Under the pieces are notes generated by a model. The model saw only the letters and a program-made list of their open reading frames with translations, did not search any database and had not been told where the DNA came from. From NCBI GenBank assembly GCA_035546515.1, contig DASZWS010000125.1:1-53075 (forward strand): a stretch of 53,075 bases of DNA, read 5' to 3'. The stretch is from Vitreimonas sp. (GTDB lineage Bacteria > Pseudomonadota > Alphaproteobacteria > Caulobacterales > Aquidulcibacteraceae). The stretch's first letter is position 1; every line of letters starts with the position of its first letter. The position numbers were made by a program, and so were the translations under genes. Of this stretch, positions 1-10,036 are shown piece after piece.

Positions 1-46
1 GAAGAGCCGCGGGAGACGATTGCGGCGGAGTAGGTAGGCGCGCCTT

Positions 47-661
47 CTAGTCCGCCCGGCGCAGCGTTCCGCCCGACGACAGGTCAATGTTACCGATGCC
101 GGGGTTGCCGTAGGCGATCACACCGCCGCCGCTGGAGGCGTCAACATTGAGACGGCCGCTGGCGAAGACTCGCGCATCCGCGCCGGAGGAAGCATCGACG
201 CTACCGGATTCGCATCGAAGGTCCTGCGCATAGATGTCGGCGCCGCTTGAGGCGTCTGCGCTAAATGATTGGCAGCGGCCGCTGACGCGCAGATCGGCGC
301 CCGACGACGAATCCAATGCAATGTTGCTCGCCTCGACGCCCGTGGCGGTCACATCGGCGCCGCTCGAGGCGGTGAGGCCTTCGACACGTGGCATGATCAC
401 GGTGACGTGCGAGGGGCGCCGCGGTCCCCAATGGAAGCCGTGCGGCCGCTCGATGACCAATGTTTGGCCGGAGATGCGCGTCACGACCTGGTCAGCGCCT
501 GGTCCGCTCACGTCGACGCTATAATTAGGCCCCACAGTAACCGTAACTTCATTGCCGGCGCTCGCGTCGATGCGCGTGAAGCCAGAGAGGTTGCGGGGCT
601 CGGCGGATGCTGTTCCCGCACAAGCGATTGCAAGTGCACAAGCGGCCAAAGGCAGACGCAT
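47..661 (-). CDS. Secreted head GIN domain (DUF2807) protein
   Basis: Signal peptide MRLPLAACALAIACAGTASA, then RNLSGFTRIDAS and repeated DASSGAD beta-helix-like units; GGAG RBS before ATG 661. Confidence 0.85.
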   Translation of the reverse strand: MRLPLAACALAIACAGTASAEPRNLSGFTRIDASAGNEVTVTVGPNYSVDVSGPGADQVVTRISGQTLVIERPHGFHWGPRRPSHVTVIMPRVEGLTASSGADVTATGVEASNIALDSSSGADLRVSGRCQSFSADASSGADIYAQDLRCESGSVDASSGADARVFASGRLNVDASSGGGVIAYGNPGIGNIDLSSGGTLRRAD

Positions 662-750
662 GAGATACTCCGTAGTCGGTCGCGGACGCACTTCGGGCGT
701 CGGGTTCTTTGGAGATGCACGGCGTCTGAGTTTGGATGCAGGGCCAGACT

Positions 751-2370
751 TTAGCCGTTCAACAAGCCCTTATACCGCTCCCGCAGCACCTTCTTGTCGA
801 TTTTGCCGGTTGCCGTCAGCGGCACGGTGTCGAACACGACGGCGTCCGGCGTCCACCATTTGACGATGCGGGGGCTCAGAAACTCCAGCACGTTTTCTTT
901 GCAGAGATTGGCGTTGTCGTGCGGTTCGATCACCAGGACGGGGCGCTCTTCCCACTTGGGGTGCGGAATGCCGACGACGGCGGCGATTTTCACGCCGGGG
1001 CAGCCGACGGCGATGTTTTCCAGATCGATGGATGAAATCCATTCGCCGCCGGACTTGATGACATCCTTCTTGCGGTCGGTGATGCGCATGAAGCCGTGTT
1101 GGTCGATGGTGGCGATGTCGCCAGTGTCGAACCAGCCGTCGGCGTCGGTGACGTCCTTGGCGCCGCGATAATAGCGCTGCACCGTCCAGGGGCCGCGCAC
1201 CATCAGCGCCCCGGAGGTTTCGCCGTCGCGGGGCGCGTCGGCGCCGGATTCGTCCACGACCTTGAGTTCGATGCCGAATTGCAAACGGCCTTGGCGGGTC
1301 CAGATGGCTTCGTCGAGTTTCTCCTCGCCAAGTGCGGCGAGCGAGGGCGTCGGCGTGGAGATGACGCCGAGCGGGGCGGTTTCGGTCATGCCCCAGATCT
1401 GCAGCACGCGAACGCCGTATTTGTGCTTGAACGTCTCGGCCATGGCGCGGGGCACAGCGGAGCCGCCAATGACGAGGCGCTTCAGATTGCCGGGCTTCTG
1501 GTTGGTTTGTTCGAGGTAGGCGAGATACATCGTCCAGATCGTCGGCACGCCGCCGGAGAAGGTGACTCCCTCGTTGACGATCAGTTCTTGCAAGGACGCG
1601 CCATCCATCTTTTCGCAGGGCATCACCAGCTTGCAGCCATTGATCGGCGCGGCAAACGGCAAGCCCCAGGCGGTCGCATGGAATAGCGAGGAGCAGGGCA
1701 TCACCACGTCGAAGGCGTCGAAGCCGAAGGCGCTGTTGAGGCCGGACGCCATGGCGTGCAGCACGACCGCGCGGTGTGAATAGAGCACGCCTTTAGGATC
1801 GCCCGTGGTGCCGGAGGTGTAGCAGAGGAAGGCGCCGGCGTTTTCGTCGACCATCGGCCAGTCGAAGCCGTCCTCCTCGGCGGCGAGGAGTTTTTCGTAG
1901 CAGAGCGCGTCGACGCCGCCCGACGTGTGCGCCTTCTCATCCGACAGCATCACAAACGTCTTCACCGTCTGCATGCGCGGGCGCAGGCGCTCGACCAGGG
2001 GAAGGAAGGTCTTGTCGAACAGCAGCACGCCGGCTTCGGCGTGGTTGAGGATGTATTCGATCTGCTCGTCGAAAAGCCGCGGGTTGACGGTGTTGAGCAC
2101 GGCGCCAAGGCCAGGCACGGCGTAGAAGAGTTCGAAATGCCGGTGGGTGTTCCACGCCAGCGTCGCCACGCGGTCGCCGGGTTTGACGCCGAGCCGCTTG
2201 AGCGCTTTCGCGGTACGTTCACTGCGCTTCAATTCGCCAGCGTACGTCGAGCGCACGATTGGCTCCTCGACCAGCCGTGAGACGATCTCGACATTGCCGT
2301 GGGCGGTCGCGACAAAGCGCAGGATGTCGATGATTTGCAGCGGGCGCTGCTGCATCAGCCCAGGGATCAC
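751..2370 (-). CDS. Long/medium-chain fatty-acid--CoA ligase (AMP-binding, AlkK/DmdB-like)
   Basis: [14 protein letters not shown]-binding motif, [30 protein letters not shown]; GTG 2370 follows AGGAG. Confidence 0.9.
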   Translation of the reverse strand: MIPGLMQQRPLQIIDILRFVATAHGNVEIVSRLVEEPIVRSTYAGELKRSERTAKALKRLGVKPGDRVATLAWNTHRHFELFYAVPGLGAVLNTVNPRLFDEQIEYILNHAEAGVLLFDKTFLPLVERLRPRMQTVKTFVMLSDEKAHTSGGVDALCYEKLLAAEEDGFDWPMVDENAGAFLCYTSGTTGDPKGVLYSHRAVVLHAMASGLNSAFGFDAFDVVMPCSSLFHATAWGLPFAAPINGCKLVMPCEKMDGASLQELIVNEGVTFSGGVPTIWTMYLAYLEQTNQKPGNLKRLVIGGSAVPRAMAETFKHKYGVRVLQIWGMTETAPLGVISTPTPSLAALGEEKLDEAIWTRQGRLQFGIELKVVDESGADAPRDGETSGALMVRGPWTVQRYYRGAKDVTDADGWFDTGDIATIDQHGFMRITDRKKDVIKSGGEWISSIDLENIAVGCPGVKIAAVVGIPHPKWEERPVLVIEPHDNANLCKENVLEFLSPRIVKWWTPDAVVFDTVPLTATGKIDKKVLRERYKGLLNG

Positions 2371-2428
2371 AGCACTCACTCCTGAGGCCATTCTCCGCGA
2401 TCAGACCGCGTTGGCAAGCGGACTTGGC

Positions 2429-2453
2429 GGAACGTGTTCGGCCTCTGCAAGTT
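2429..2453 (+). promoter_or_regulatory. Candidate EcfG/sigmaT general-stress promoter
   Basis: GGAAC(2429-2433)-N17-GTT(2451-2453), 33 nt before ATG 2487. Confidence 0.5.
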
Positions 2454-2486
2454 ACCGCAGAAGAGCGGGGCGTGGAGATTGCGTCA

Positions 2487-2786
2487 ATGAAAAGACTTCT
2501 GACAGGCCTAGCCTGCGCTGTCGCCCTCACAGCGTGCGCGACCGGCTATTACGATGGCGGCGGTTATTCGTATTACGATGGCTACTACGACAATTTCTAT
2601 GGACCGGTGTCCTACGGTTATTGGGGGCCGGACAACTACTTCTACTATCGGACGGGCCCCAGCGGCGTTTACATCCGCGACGATGCGCACCACTTCCGGC
2701 GCGATCACGCGGACGGCAACTGGCATCGCTTCCACATGCGCGGGCAACGTCCCGGGCATCCAGGCCCAGGCCGCCCGCCGCGCTAG
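2487..2786 (+). CDS. Small Tyr/Gly-rich lipoprotein
   Basis: GGAG RBS; lipobox LTAC after MKRLLTGLACAVA; YYDGYYDNFYGP..YGYWG segment. Confidence 0.75.
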   Translation: MKRLLTGLACAVALTACATGYYDGGGYSYYDGYYDNFYGPVSYGYWGPDNYFYYRTGPSGVYIRDDAHHFRRDHADGNWHRFHMRGQRPGHPGPGRPPR

Positions 2787-3397
2787 CCGTGCGGGACTGC
2801 GTAGTCCGAGACGCGCGTGTTGATGAATTCTGGGCGCGCATCGCAGCGTGCCCAGAAAGCGCTCAAGTTGGGGTAGGCGGCGAGCACGTCGGGACGTGTG
2901 AGCGCCAGATAGCCGAGCAAGCAGCCGGTCGTGATCTGCACCTGGTCGAGCGGCTTATCTTCCCACTCCAGTTTTTCGAGCGCCGCCAGCGCGCCTTTGG
3001 CTTGCGTGTCGCAACGCTCGATCCATTCAGGCCAGCGATACTGTTCGGGACGGATGATCTTCTCGTAGTTGACCGCGCCGAATTTCTCGACGGCGCCCGA
3101 CGCTAGTGCGATCGTCTGCATGGCGTTAGTGCGGGCTTTGCCCTTGGTGGGCAGCAGCGCGCGCGCTGGGCCGACCTCACGGTCAAGCCAATCAAGAATG
3201 GCATGCGAGTCGATCAGCACCTCGCCGCTGTCGAGCGTCAGCGAAGGAATGCGCGCGAGCGGATTGACCGTCAGCATCTCATCGAAATCGCCGAATACGG
3301 AGCGTTGATCGTGCTTGTAGTTGGCGAAGCCCAGCACACGCAGCGAGATCGCCACGCGCCGCACGAAGGGGGAATCGTATTGGCCAGTGAGGATCAT
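2783..3397 (-). CDS. Glutathione S-transferase family protein
   Basis: YDSPFVRRV, NPLARIPSL, LIDSHAIL; ATG overlaps the upstream gene's stop (ATGA). Confidence 0.9.
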   Translation of the reverse strand: MILTGQYDSPFVRRVAISLRVLGFANYKHDQRSVFGDFDEMLTVNPLARIPSLTLDSGEVLIDSHAILDWLDREVGPARALLPTKGKARTNAMQTIALASGAVEKFGAVNYEKIIRPEQYRWPEWIERCDTQAKGALAALEKLEWEDKPLDQVQITTGCLLGYLALTRPDVLAAYPNLSAFWARCDARPEFINTRVSDYAVPHG

Positions 3398-5031
3398 TTG
3401 AGCCGCTTTCTCCGGAAGTCGCGGATGACGACCTGCGCGGCGTTGTGGCCGGGCGCGCCCGTGACGCCGCCGCCGGGGTGCGTGCCCGAGCCGCACATAT
3501 ACAGGTTCGCCAGCGGGCCGCGATAATCGCCGTGCCCGAGCACGGGGCGGGCGCTGAACAGCTGATCGAGCGAAAGCGCGCCATGCATGATGTCGCCGTT
3601 GACCAGGCCGAAGGTGCGCTCGAGGTCGAGCGGTGAATTGATCTGGCGGCCGAGCACGGACTTGGCGAAGCCGGGCGCGTGCTTGTCGACGGTGGCGATC
3701 ATCAGATCCGCGACCTCGTCGCGGTGATCGTCCCAGGAGCGGCCGCCGGAAAGTTGCGGCTGCACGTGCTGGCAGAAAAGGCTGGCGACGTGCTTGCCGG
3801 GTGGGGCGAGGCTGTCGTCGAGCGTCGATGGGATCAGCATTTCGACGATCGGTTCGTCCGACCAGCCTTTGGCGCGGGCGGTGTCGTAGGCGCGCTCCAT
3901 GTACTTGAGTGAGGGCGCGATGATGATGCCGGCGGTGAGATGATCGCCAGGCTCGGGCTTGGCGGTGAAGCGCGGCAGCTCCGAGAGCGCGACGTTCATG
4001 CGGAAGGTGCCGGAGCCGTTCTTGTAGCGGTCGATGCGCTCGTTGAAGTCGGCGGGTAGCGCATCAGGCGAGATGAGCTTTTGGTAGAGCAGTTTCGGAT
4101 TGAGGTTGGAAATCACCGCGCGCGCACGGAACACCTCGCCGTTCTGGAGGACGACGCCTTTCACGACATTCTCTTCGCTGACGGCGACCCCGCCTTCGAT
4201 CTTCTGCGCTTTCTCGATGATGACTTCTTTCACTGAGGCGCCGGTGCGCAGCACGACACCGCGCTCGCGGCAGCAGGCGGCCATGGCTTGGGTAATCGCG
4301 CCCATGCCGCCGATGGCGTGGCCCCAAAGTCCCTTCTTGCCGTTCACCTCGCCGAACACGTGGTGCAGCAGCACGTAGGCGGAGCCCGGCGTGTAGGGGC
4401 TGGCGAAATTGCCGACGATGGAATCGAAGCCGAACAGCGCTTTGACCGGATCGCTCTCGAACCAATGATCGAGCCAGTCGCCTGCGGATTTGGCGAAGAG
4501 ATCCAGGAGATCGCGCTTGGCGGTGAGGTCGAGTTTGTTCAAACGGCCGGCGACGCTGGCCGCGCGCAGCCCTTCCTCCAGCATCGGGCCGATGCCTCCC
4601 TCGGGGAGATTCGGCGGCGCCTGCAGCACCAACGCGCGCACCACGTCGGCGATGGATTCGAGGCGGCGCTCATACTCCGGCAGCCGCATCGCGTCATGGT
4701 TGGAGAAGCGGGCGACCTCGCTTTGAGTCAGTCCAGGGGCGGAGGAAAAACTGTCGCCATTCGGCAACGGTAGGAAGTTCGAGACGCGCCGCTCGACGAC
4801 TTTGAGGCCGTGTCTGTGGAGATCGAGATCGGCGATCACCTTGGGGTTGAGCAGGGAGACGGTGTAGGAGGCCACCGAGTTGCGGAAACCGGGGTGGAAT
4901 TCTTCCGTAACCGCCGCTCCGCCGAGGACGTCGCGCCGCTCCAAAACCAGTACTTTTAGGCCCGCTTCAGCCAAATAGGCGGCGCAAACCAGCCCGTTAT
5001 GACCGCCGCCTATGATGATAACGTCGTGCAA
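3394..5031 (-). CDS. Phytoene dehydrogenase-like FAD-dependent oxidoreductase
   Basis: IIIGGGHNGL Rossmann motif, GGAAVTEE, C-terminal LYMCGSGTHPGGGVTGAPG; TTG 5031 follows GGAG. Confidence 0.88.
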   Translation of the reverse strand: MHDVIIIGGGHNGLVCAAYLAEAGLKVLVLERRDVLGGAAVTEEFHPGFRNSVASYTVSLLNPKVIADLDLHRHGLKVVERRVSNFLPLPNGDSFSSAPGLTQSEVARFSNHDAMRLPEYERRLESIADVVRALVLQAPPNLPEGGIGPMLEEGLRAASVAGRLNKLDLTAKRDLLDLFAKSAGDWLDHWFESDPVKALFGFDSIVGNFASPYTPGSAYVLLHHVFGEVNGKKGLWGHAIGGMGAITQAMAACCRERGVVLRTGASVKEVIIEKAQKIEGGVAVSEENVVKGVVLQNGEVFRARAVISNLNPKLLYQKLISPDALPADFNERIDRYKNGSGTFRMNVALSELPRFTAKPEPGDHLTAGIIIAPSLKYMERAYDTARAKGWSDEPIVEMLIPSTLDDSLAPPGKHVASLFCQHVQPQLSGGRSWDDHRDEVADLMIATVDKHAPGFAKSVLGRQINSPLDLERTFGLVNGDIMHGALSLDQLFSARPVLGHGDYRGPLANLYMCGSGTHPGGGVTGAPGHNAAQVVIRDFRRKRLK

Positions 5032-5203
5032 GGCCGCTCTCCGCGGACCCTCATGCCGCAGCGCACGTTGAAGGAAAAGCTGCGGCCTCCGATTTGAGGC
5101 CAAATTCGGGCGCCGCAGCGCGGCTATGCGCCCAAGAAGCGACCTTTGACTTAGCTTAACGCCTCGCTAAGGTTCGCGCCACTTGGGGGATACGGAGCAT
5201 ATT

Positions 5204-5989
5204 GTGGGCAACGAGACTGCGATCGAGGTCGCCAAACCGGCGCCGAATTCGATCAGCTGCATCATCTGCGCGTACAACGAAGCTGATCGCATCGGCCGTG
5301 TGCTCAAGGCCGTCGTCGGTCATCCGTTGATCGACGAGATCATCGTCATGAACGACGGCTCGACCGATCAAACTGAAGCGCGCGCGCGCGCGTTTCCCGG
5401 CGTCACTGTCGTGTCGATTCATCCAAACGGCGGAAAGACGCAGGCGCTCACCGCGGGTATCGCCATGGCGAAGAGCGAATACCTGATGTTGCTCGACGCG
5501 GACCTGGATGGCCTGACCGCCGGCGCCATCGATCGTTTGGCGCAACCCGTGCTTTCGGGCCAAGCTGAATCGAGCATCTCCATGCGCGGCGACACGCTTT
5601 CGCTGTATCGCGCGCTCGGCATTGATTTCATCTCCGGCGAGCGTGTGCTGCCGCGCAAAATGTTCGCGCAAGCCTTCGATGACATGGCGCTGCTGCCGCG
5701 CTGGGGCGGTGAGGTGTTCATCAACGAACTCATCATCAAGCAGCGGCTGCGCGTATCGGTCGTGGATTGGCGCGAGGTTTTCCATACGCCGAAGGCGCAA
5801 AAGGTCGGCTCCAAGCGCGACGGCGCCAAGCAAGAATGGAAGATGTTCCAGGACATGGTCCGGGTGCTCTCGCTGCCGGGCATCATTCGTCAGCACTGGG
5901 GCCTGATGCGTCTTGCGGGCGTATTCTTCTTCAAGGCGCTCAACCTGCTGGTCCCGCCAATTCGCGCGCGTGCGCAGGGGACCCCGTAG
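5204..5989 (+). CDS. Glycosyltransferase family 2
   Basis: CIICAYNE, NDGSTD, NGGK, LLDADL (DxD); GTG 5204 follows GGAG. Confidence 0.88.
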   Translation: MGNETAIEVAKPAPNSISCIICAYNEADRIGRVLKAVVGHPLIDEIIVMNDGSTDQTEARARAFPGVTVVSIHPNGGKTQALTAGIAMAKSEYLMLLDADLDGLTAGAIDRLAQPVLSGQAESSISMRGDTLSLYRALGIDFISGERVLPRKMFAQAFDDMALLPRWGGEVFINELIIKQRLRVSVVDWREVFHTPKAQKVGSKRDGAKQEWKMFQDMVRVLSLPGIIRQHWGLMRLAGVFFFKALNLLVPPIRARAQGTP

Positions 5990-6014
5990 GGAACTTTACT
6001 TTCGCCGCCGCGTT
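5990..6014 (+). promoter_or_regulatory. Candidate EcfG/sigmaT promoter of the hybrid kinase
   Basis: GGAAC-N16-CGTT, matching the alphaproteobacterial general-stress consensus. Confidence 0.6.
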
Positions 6015-6044
6015 TACCCCCGCTGCGAGGGGTAAGAAGTATTT

Positions 6045-8225
6045 ATGGCGGACGGGTCCGAAACCGAGATCCTCGAAGTTTTACAGCGCGTCGGCGCGGC
6101 GGTTGCGGCCGAACTCGACCTGGATCGCGCCGTACAGAAAGTGACGGACGCCGCTACCGAACTCTCCGGCGCGGCCTTCGGCGCGTTTTTCTATAATGTG
6201 ACCAACGCCGCCGGTGAGAGCTACATGCTCTACACCATCTCAGGCGTGCCGCGCGAAGCGTTCTCAAAGTTTCCGATGCCGCGCAATACGCCGGTGTTTG
6301 GGCCGACCTTCGCAGGTGAAGGCATCGTCCGGTCGGACGACATCACCAAGGACCCCCGCTATGGCAAGATGGACACCTACGGCGGCATGCCGCCGGGCCA
6401 TCTGCCGGTGCGCAGCTACCTCGCTGTGCCGGTCGTGTCGCGCGCAGGAAATGTGCTGGGCGGGCTGTTCTTCGGCCATGCGGATCCCGGGCGCTTCGAT
6501 CAGCGCGCTGAAACGCTCGTCGCCGGCATCGCCGTGCATGCGGCGGTCGCGATCGATAACGCGCAGCTCTATCTCTCTGCGCAGCACGAGATCGAACGGC
6601 GAAAACAGGCTGAGGCGCAGCTGCGTGAGTTGAACGACACGCTGGAAGAAAGGGTGCGTGAACGTACCCGGGACCTGCAAGCGGCCAACGAGCAATTCCG
6701 GCTGCTGGTGCAGGGCGTCGTCGACTATTCGATCTTCATGCTTTCGCCGGAAGGCAGTGTCAGCACCTGGAACGCCGGGGCCGAACGCATCAAGGGCTAT
6801 GACGCCGCCGACGTCGTCGGCAAGCACTTCTCCGTGTTTTACACGCCTGAGGCGCGCGAAGCGGGCGAGCCATCGCGTGCGCTTGAGGAAGCACGCGAGA
6901 AGGGGCGCGTCGAAATGGAAGGGTGGCGTGTGCGCAAGGACGGCAGCCAGTTCTGGGCGAGCGTCGTCATCGATGCCGTGCGCAATGACGACGGACGCTT
7001 GATCGGCTTCGCCAAAATCACCCGCGATATCACCGCCCAACGCGACGCGCGCGCTCAACTCGAATTGGCGCGCGAAGCGCTGTTTCAATCGCAAAAGATG
7101 GAGTCGGTAGGCCAGCTGACAGGCGGCATCGCGCACGATTTCAACAACGTGCTGGCCGGCATCATCGGCGCACTCAACCTTCTGCAACGCCGAATCAAAG
7201 CGAAGCGGTTCGACGAAACCGAGAAATACATCTCGGCCGCCCTCGATGCCGCCAATCGCGCAGCGGCGCTGACATCGCGATTGCTTGCCTTCGGCCGACG
7301 CCAATCGTTGGATATCCAGCCGATCAATGTTGCGAGCGCGGTGCGGGCGGTGCGCTCCATGCTGAGCAGCACGCTGGGCGAGAATGTCGTCGTCGAACTG
7401 AAAATCGAAGACGACACTCTCGTCGCCTTGGCCGATCAGCACCAGCTCGAAAGCGCGTTGCTGAACCTCGCGCTCAATTCGCGCGACGCCATGCCTGACG
7501 GCGGCAAGGTGACGATTACAACGGCCACCGAGCACGTGCGCGCCGAGCGGTACGGAGAGCTGAAGCCGGGCGACTACGTGTCGGTTTCCGTCGCCGACAC
7601 GGGTTCAGGCATGTCGGCGGACGTTATCGAACGGGCGTTCGAGCCGTTTTTCACTACCAAGCCCAGCGGCGCCGGCACTGGCCTCGGTCTTTCCATGGTG
7701 TACGGCTTTGTGAAGCAGACCGGCGGCAATGTGACGATCGATAGCGTCGAAGGCGTGGGCACCACCATCACGATCTATCTCCCGCAAGCATCGACGGAGG
7801 CCGAAAAGGCCCAACATTCCGAAAAAGCCGACGCGCCGGAGGGGCAGGGCGAAGTGGTGCTGGTGGTGGAGGATGATCGCCACGTGCGCATGCTGGTGAT
7901 GGATGTGCTGGAGGAGCTTGGCTATCAAGCCAAAGAAGCGACCGACGCCAACGGCGCGTTGCCTTATCTGGAATCGGGGCAGCGCCTCGATCTGTTGATC
8001 AGCGACGTGGGACTGCCAGGCCTGAACGGGCGTCAGCTCGCCGACATTGCCCGCCACCATCGCCCCGGCCTCAAGGTGCTCTTCCTCACCGGCTACGCCG
8101 CGCATGCGGCGGTGCGCTCCGAGTTCTTGGCGCAAGGCATGGATCTGATGACCAAGCCGTTCGAACTCGACGCGCTTGCGGGCAAGATCAAGGACATGCT
8201 GGCGCGCGCGCCTGCGCACGCCTGA
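6045..8225 (+). CDS. Hybrid sensor histidine kinase (GAF-PAS-HisKA-HATPase-REC)
   Basis: GAF ([10 protein letters not shown]), PAS ([18 protein letters not shown]), H-box IAHDFNN, N-box [21 protein letters not shown], receiver VVEDD..SDVGLPG..KPF. Confidence 0.95.
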   Translation: MADGSETEILEVLQRVGAAVAAELDLDRAVQKVTDAATELSGAAFGAFFYNVTNAAGESYMLYTISGVPREAFSKFPMPRNTPVFGPTFAGEGIVRSDDITKDPRYGKMDTYGGMPPGHLPVRSYLAVPVVSRAGNVLGGLFFGHADPGRFDQRAETLVAGIAVHAAVAIDNAQLYLSAQHEIERRKQAEAQLRELNDTLEERVRERTRDLQAANEQFRLLVQGVVDYSIFMLSPEGSVSTWNAGAERIKGYDAADVVGKHFSVFYTPEAREAGEPSRALEEAREKGRVEMEGWRVRKDGSQFWASVVIDAVRNDDGRLIGFAKITRDITAQRDARAQLELAREALFQSQKMESVGQLTGGIAHDFNNVLAGIIGALNLLQRRIKAKRFDETEKYISAALDAANRAAALTSRLLAFGRRQSLDIQPINVASAVRAVRSMLSSTLGENVVVELKIEDDTLVALADQHQLESALLNLALNSRDAMPDGGKVTITTATEHVRAERYGELKPGDYVSVSVADTGSGMSADVIERAFEPFFTTKPSGAGTGLGLSMVYGFVKQTGGNVTIDSVEGVGTTITIYLPQASTEAEKAQHSEKADAPEGQGEVVLVVEDDRHVRMLVMDVLEELGYQAKEATDANGALPYLESGQRLDLLISDVGLPGLNGRQLADIARHHRPGLKVLFLTGYAAHAAVRSEFLAQGMDLMTKPFELDALAGKIKDMLARAPAHA

Positions 8226-8230
8226 TCCGG

Positions 8231-8263
8231 AAAAACAAAGCCCCGCGGCTGAGCCTGCGGGGC
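8231..8263 (-). terminator. Rho-independent terminator of tRNA-Asn (stem may also serve the convergent kinase gene)
   Basis: Minus strand GCCCCGCAGG-CTCA-GCCGCGGGGC followed by TTTGTTTTT. Confidence 0.75.
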
Positions 8264-8299
8264 GAGGGTAACCTGCAAGAAGAGAAAACTGTGGAGCAA

Positions 8300-8374
8300 T
8301 GGCTCCGCGGGTAGGATTCGAACCTACGACCAACCGGTTAACAGCCGGTTGCTCTACCACTGAGCTACCGCGGA
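8300..8374 (-). tRNA. tRNA-Asn(GTT)
   Basis: TCCGCGGTAGCTCAGTGGTAGAGC..CTGTTAA..GGTTCGAATCC..GAGCCA cloverleaf. Confidence 0.97.
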
Positions 8375-8485
8375 ACAGCTCGCACCCCCGCCGCAAAGCG
8401 GGAGCGGCGTCTCTATCAAGTTCGGCGCCGGGGGGAAAGTCCCTGCTGAAGCACGTCTGAAGGAAAGCCGCGATCGCCCCGATCC

Positions 8486-8517
8486 AAAGAAAACGAGGGC
8501 CCCTTTCGGGGCCCTCG
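8486..8517 (-). terminator. Rho-independent terminator
   Basis: CGAGGGCCCC-GAAA-GGGGCCCTCG perfect 10-bp stem followed by TTTTCTTT. Confidence 0.85.
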
Positions 8518-8555
8518 AAGGCGTTGGGTATGGTGGGGTGTCTCCAAGGGAAGAC
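8486..8555 (-). ncRNA. Candidate small regulatory RNA (~70 nt)
   Basis: CATATT -10 six nt upstream; 5' hairpin GTCTTC-CCTT-GGAGAC; C-rich linker; strong terminator; no credible ORF. Confidence 0.5.
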
Positions 8556-8651
8556 GTCGTGAATATGATCCTAACGGGTAAAGAAGACGTTAATGGCAAA
8601 CGCGGCGTTCATCCCGCTTGCCAGAGTGTTGATAGGGAACGTTGAAGGGGT

Positions 8652-8725
8652 TGGAGGCCTCGCCCAGAATCGAACTGGGGTGCAAGGATTTGCAGTCCTC
8701 TGCGTAACCACTCCGCCACGAGGCC
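8652..8725 (-). tRNA. tRNA-Cys(GCA)
   Basis: GGCCTCGTGGCGGAGTGG..CTGCAAA..GTTCGATTC..GAGGCCTCCA. Confidence 0.97.
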
Positions 8726-8853
8726 TCACGAGGTGGAGCGCGCTCGTAGCGCTGGGGCGCCGTGGGCGTCAAGGCGGATGGTAACCGGCCAAAGGCTCCC
8801 GCTAACGCGGTGAGAGCGACCAGCCGCCGCATGCCGATCTGACGAACCCAAAC

Positions 8854-8883
8854 TTGCCATCGGTGTTTTAACGTAGTAGCACA
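8854..8883 (+). promoter_or_regulatory. his operon promoter with overlapping palindromic candidate HisR operator
   Basis: TTGCCA(8854-8859)-N17-TAGCAC; dyad TGTTTTA-N6-TAGCACA at 8864-8883. Confidence 0.6.
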
Positions 8884-8891
8884 GAAGCACG

Positions 8892-9173
8892 ATGGTTCAG
8901 TTTGATCTCGCCGAGGCGATCCTGTCGCTGAAAACCCGCGCGGAGGTGGACGCCTTCCTTGCGGACCTCTGTACGCCAAGCGAAGTCAGGGCGTTTCAGG
9001 AGCGCTGGCTGGTGGCCCAGCTCTTGGACCAGGGCGAACTCTCCTACCGCGACATCGCCAAGAAGGCGGACTCCAGCACCGCGACGGTCGTCCGCATCGC
9101 CCGCTTCCTCAATGACATGCCTTACAAAGGATACCGCCGCGTGATCGATCGTTTGCAGGGGGCGCGGCGATGA
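8892..9173 (+). CDS. TrpR-like YerC/YecD family repressor (HisR-like)
   Basis: FLADLCTPSEV..ERW.VA.LL..SYRDIA...SSTATVVRIARFL...GY family pattern; first gene of the his operon. Confidence 0.88.
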   Translation: MVQFDLAEAILSLKTRAEVDAFLADLCTPSEVRAFQERWLVAQLLDQGELSYRDIAKKADSSTATVVRIARFLNDMPYKGYRRVIDRLQGARR

Positions 9174-10036
9174 GCGGGCGTTTGCGTATCGCCATTCAGC
9201 GCAGTGGGCGGCTTGCGGAGAAGAGTTTGTCGCTGATGGAGTCAGCGGGGCTGCGCGTCGTCAAAGGCGCCAATGATTTGCTCTATCGCATCGAAAATGC
9301 GCCGATCGACCTTTTGCGTGTGCGCGACGACGACATTCCGGTTTTCGTCGATGACGGTGTTGCCGATTTCGGCATTGTCGGCCGCAACGTGCTGGAAGAG
9401 CGCGGCGGCGGGCGCTCGATGGAGGTGATGGCGCTGGGTTTTGGCCGCTGCACGCTCAAGATCGCCGCACCGGCGGGTTTCGCCTACACCGGTCCGCACT
9501 CGCTGGATGGCCTACGTATCGCCACCACCTATCCGAACACCTTGCAGAAGTTTCTCGACCGCACCGGGATCGCTGCGGAGATCGTGCACATGCACGGCGC
9601 CGTGGAAGTCGCGCCGCGGCTCAAGCTCGCGAATGCAATCTGCGATCTCGTGTCGACCGGCGCGACCTTGGAGGCGAATGGCCTCGTTGCGTATGACACT
9701 GTGCTCGAAAGTGAGGCGGTGCTCATACGTACGCCTCGGCCGGTCGATGCGGATGTGCGCGCGGTTGCCGAAAGCGTTGTGCAACGCTTCGAAGGCGTCT
9801 CCGCCAGCCAAGGCGCGAAATATGTGATGATGAACGCGCCGCGTGCCGCGCTCGCGGCAATTACCGAGATATTGCCGGGCGCCGGTGCGCCCACGGTGAC
9901 GCCGCTCGCGGGGCCCGGCGACAATGTCGCTGTGCATGCGGTCTGCCGGGAGTCTGTGTTCTGGGAAACGCTGGAACGGCTCAAGGGCGCCGGCGCTTCG
10001 GCCATCCTCGTCCTCAATATCGAAAAAATGATGTGA
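9170..10036 (+). CDS. hisG: ATP phosphoribosyltransferase, long form
   Basis: LRIAIQRSGRL, VRDDDIP, IATTYP, ICDLVSTGATLEANGL; C-terminal regulatory domain ending IEKMM. Confidence 0.96.
   Translation: MSGRLRIAIQRSGRLAEKSLSLMESAGLRVVKGANDLLYRIENAPIDLLRVRDDDIPVFVDDGVADFGIVGRNVLEERGGGRSMEVMALGFGRCTLKIAAPAGFAYTGPHSLDGLRIATTYPNTLQKFLDRTGIAAEIVHMHGAVEVAPRLKLANAICDLVSTGATLEANGLVAYDTVLESEAVLIRTPRPVDADVRAVAESVVQRFEGVSASQGAKYVMMNAPRAALAAITEILPGAGAPTVTPLAGPGDNVAVHAVCRESVFWETLERLKGAGASAILVLNIEKMM

Noticed and set aside
8726-8891. Possible his attenuator leader
   Set aside because: The short ORF at 8831 is only MPI-stop; no His codon run and no terminator hairpin
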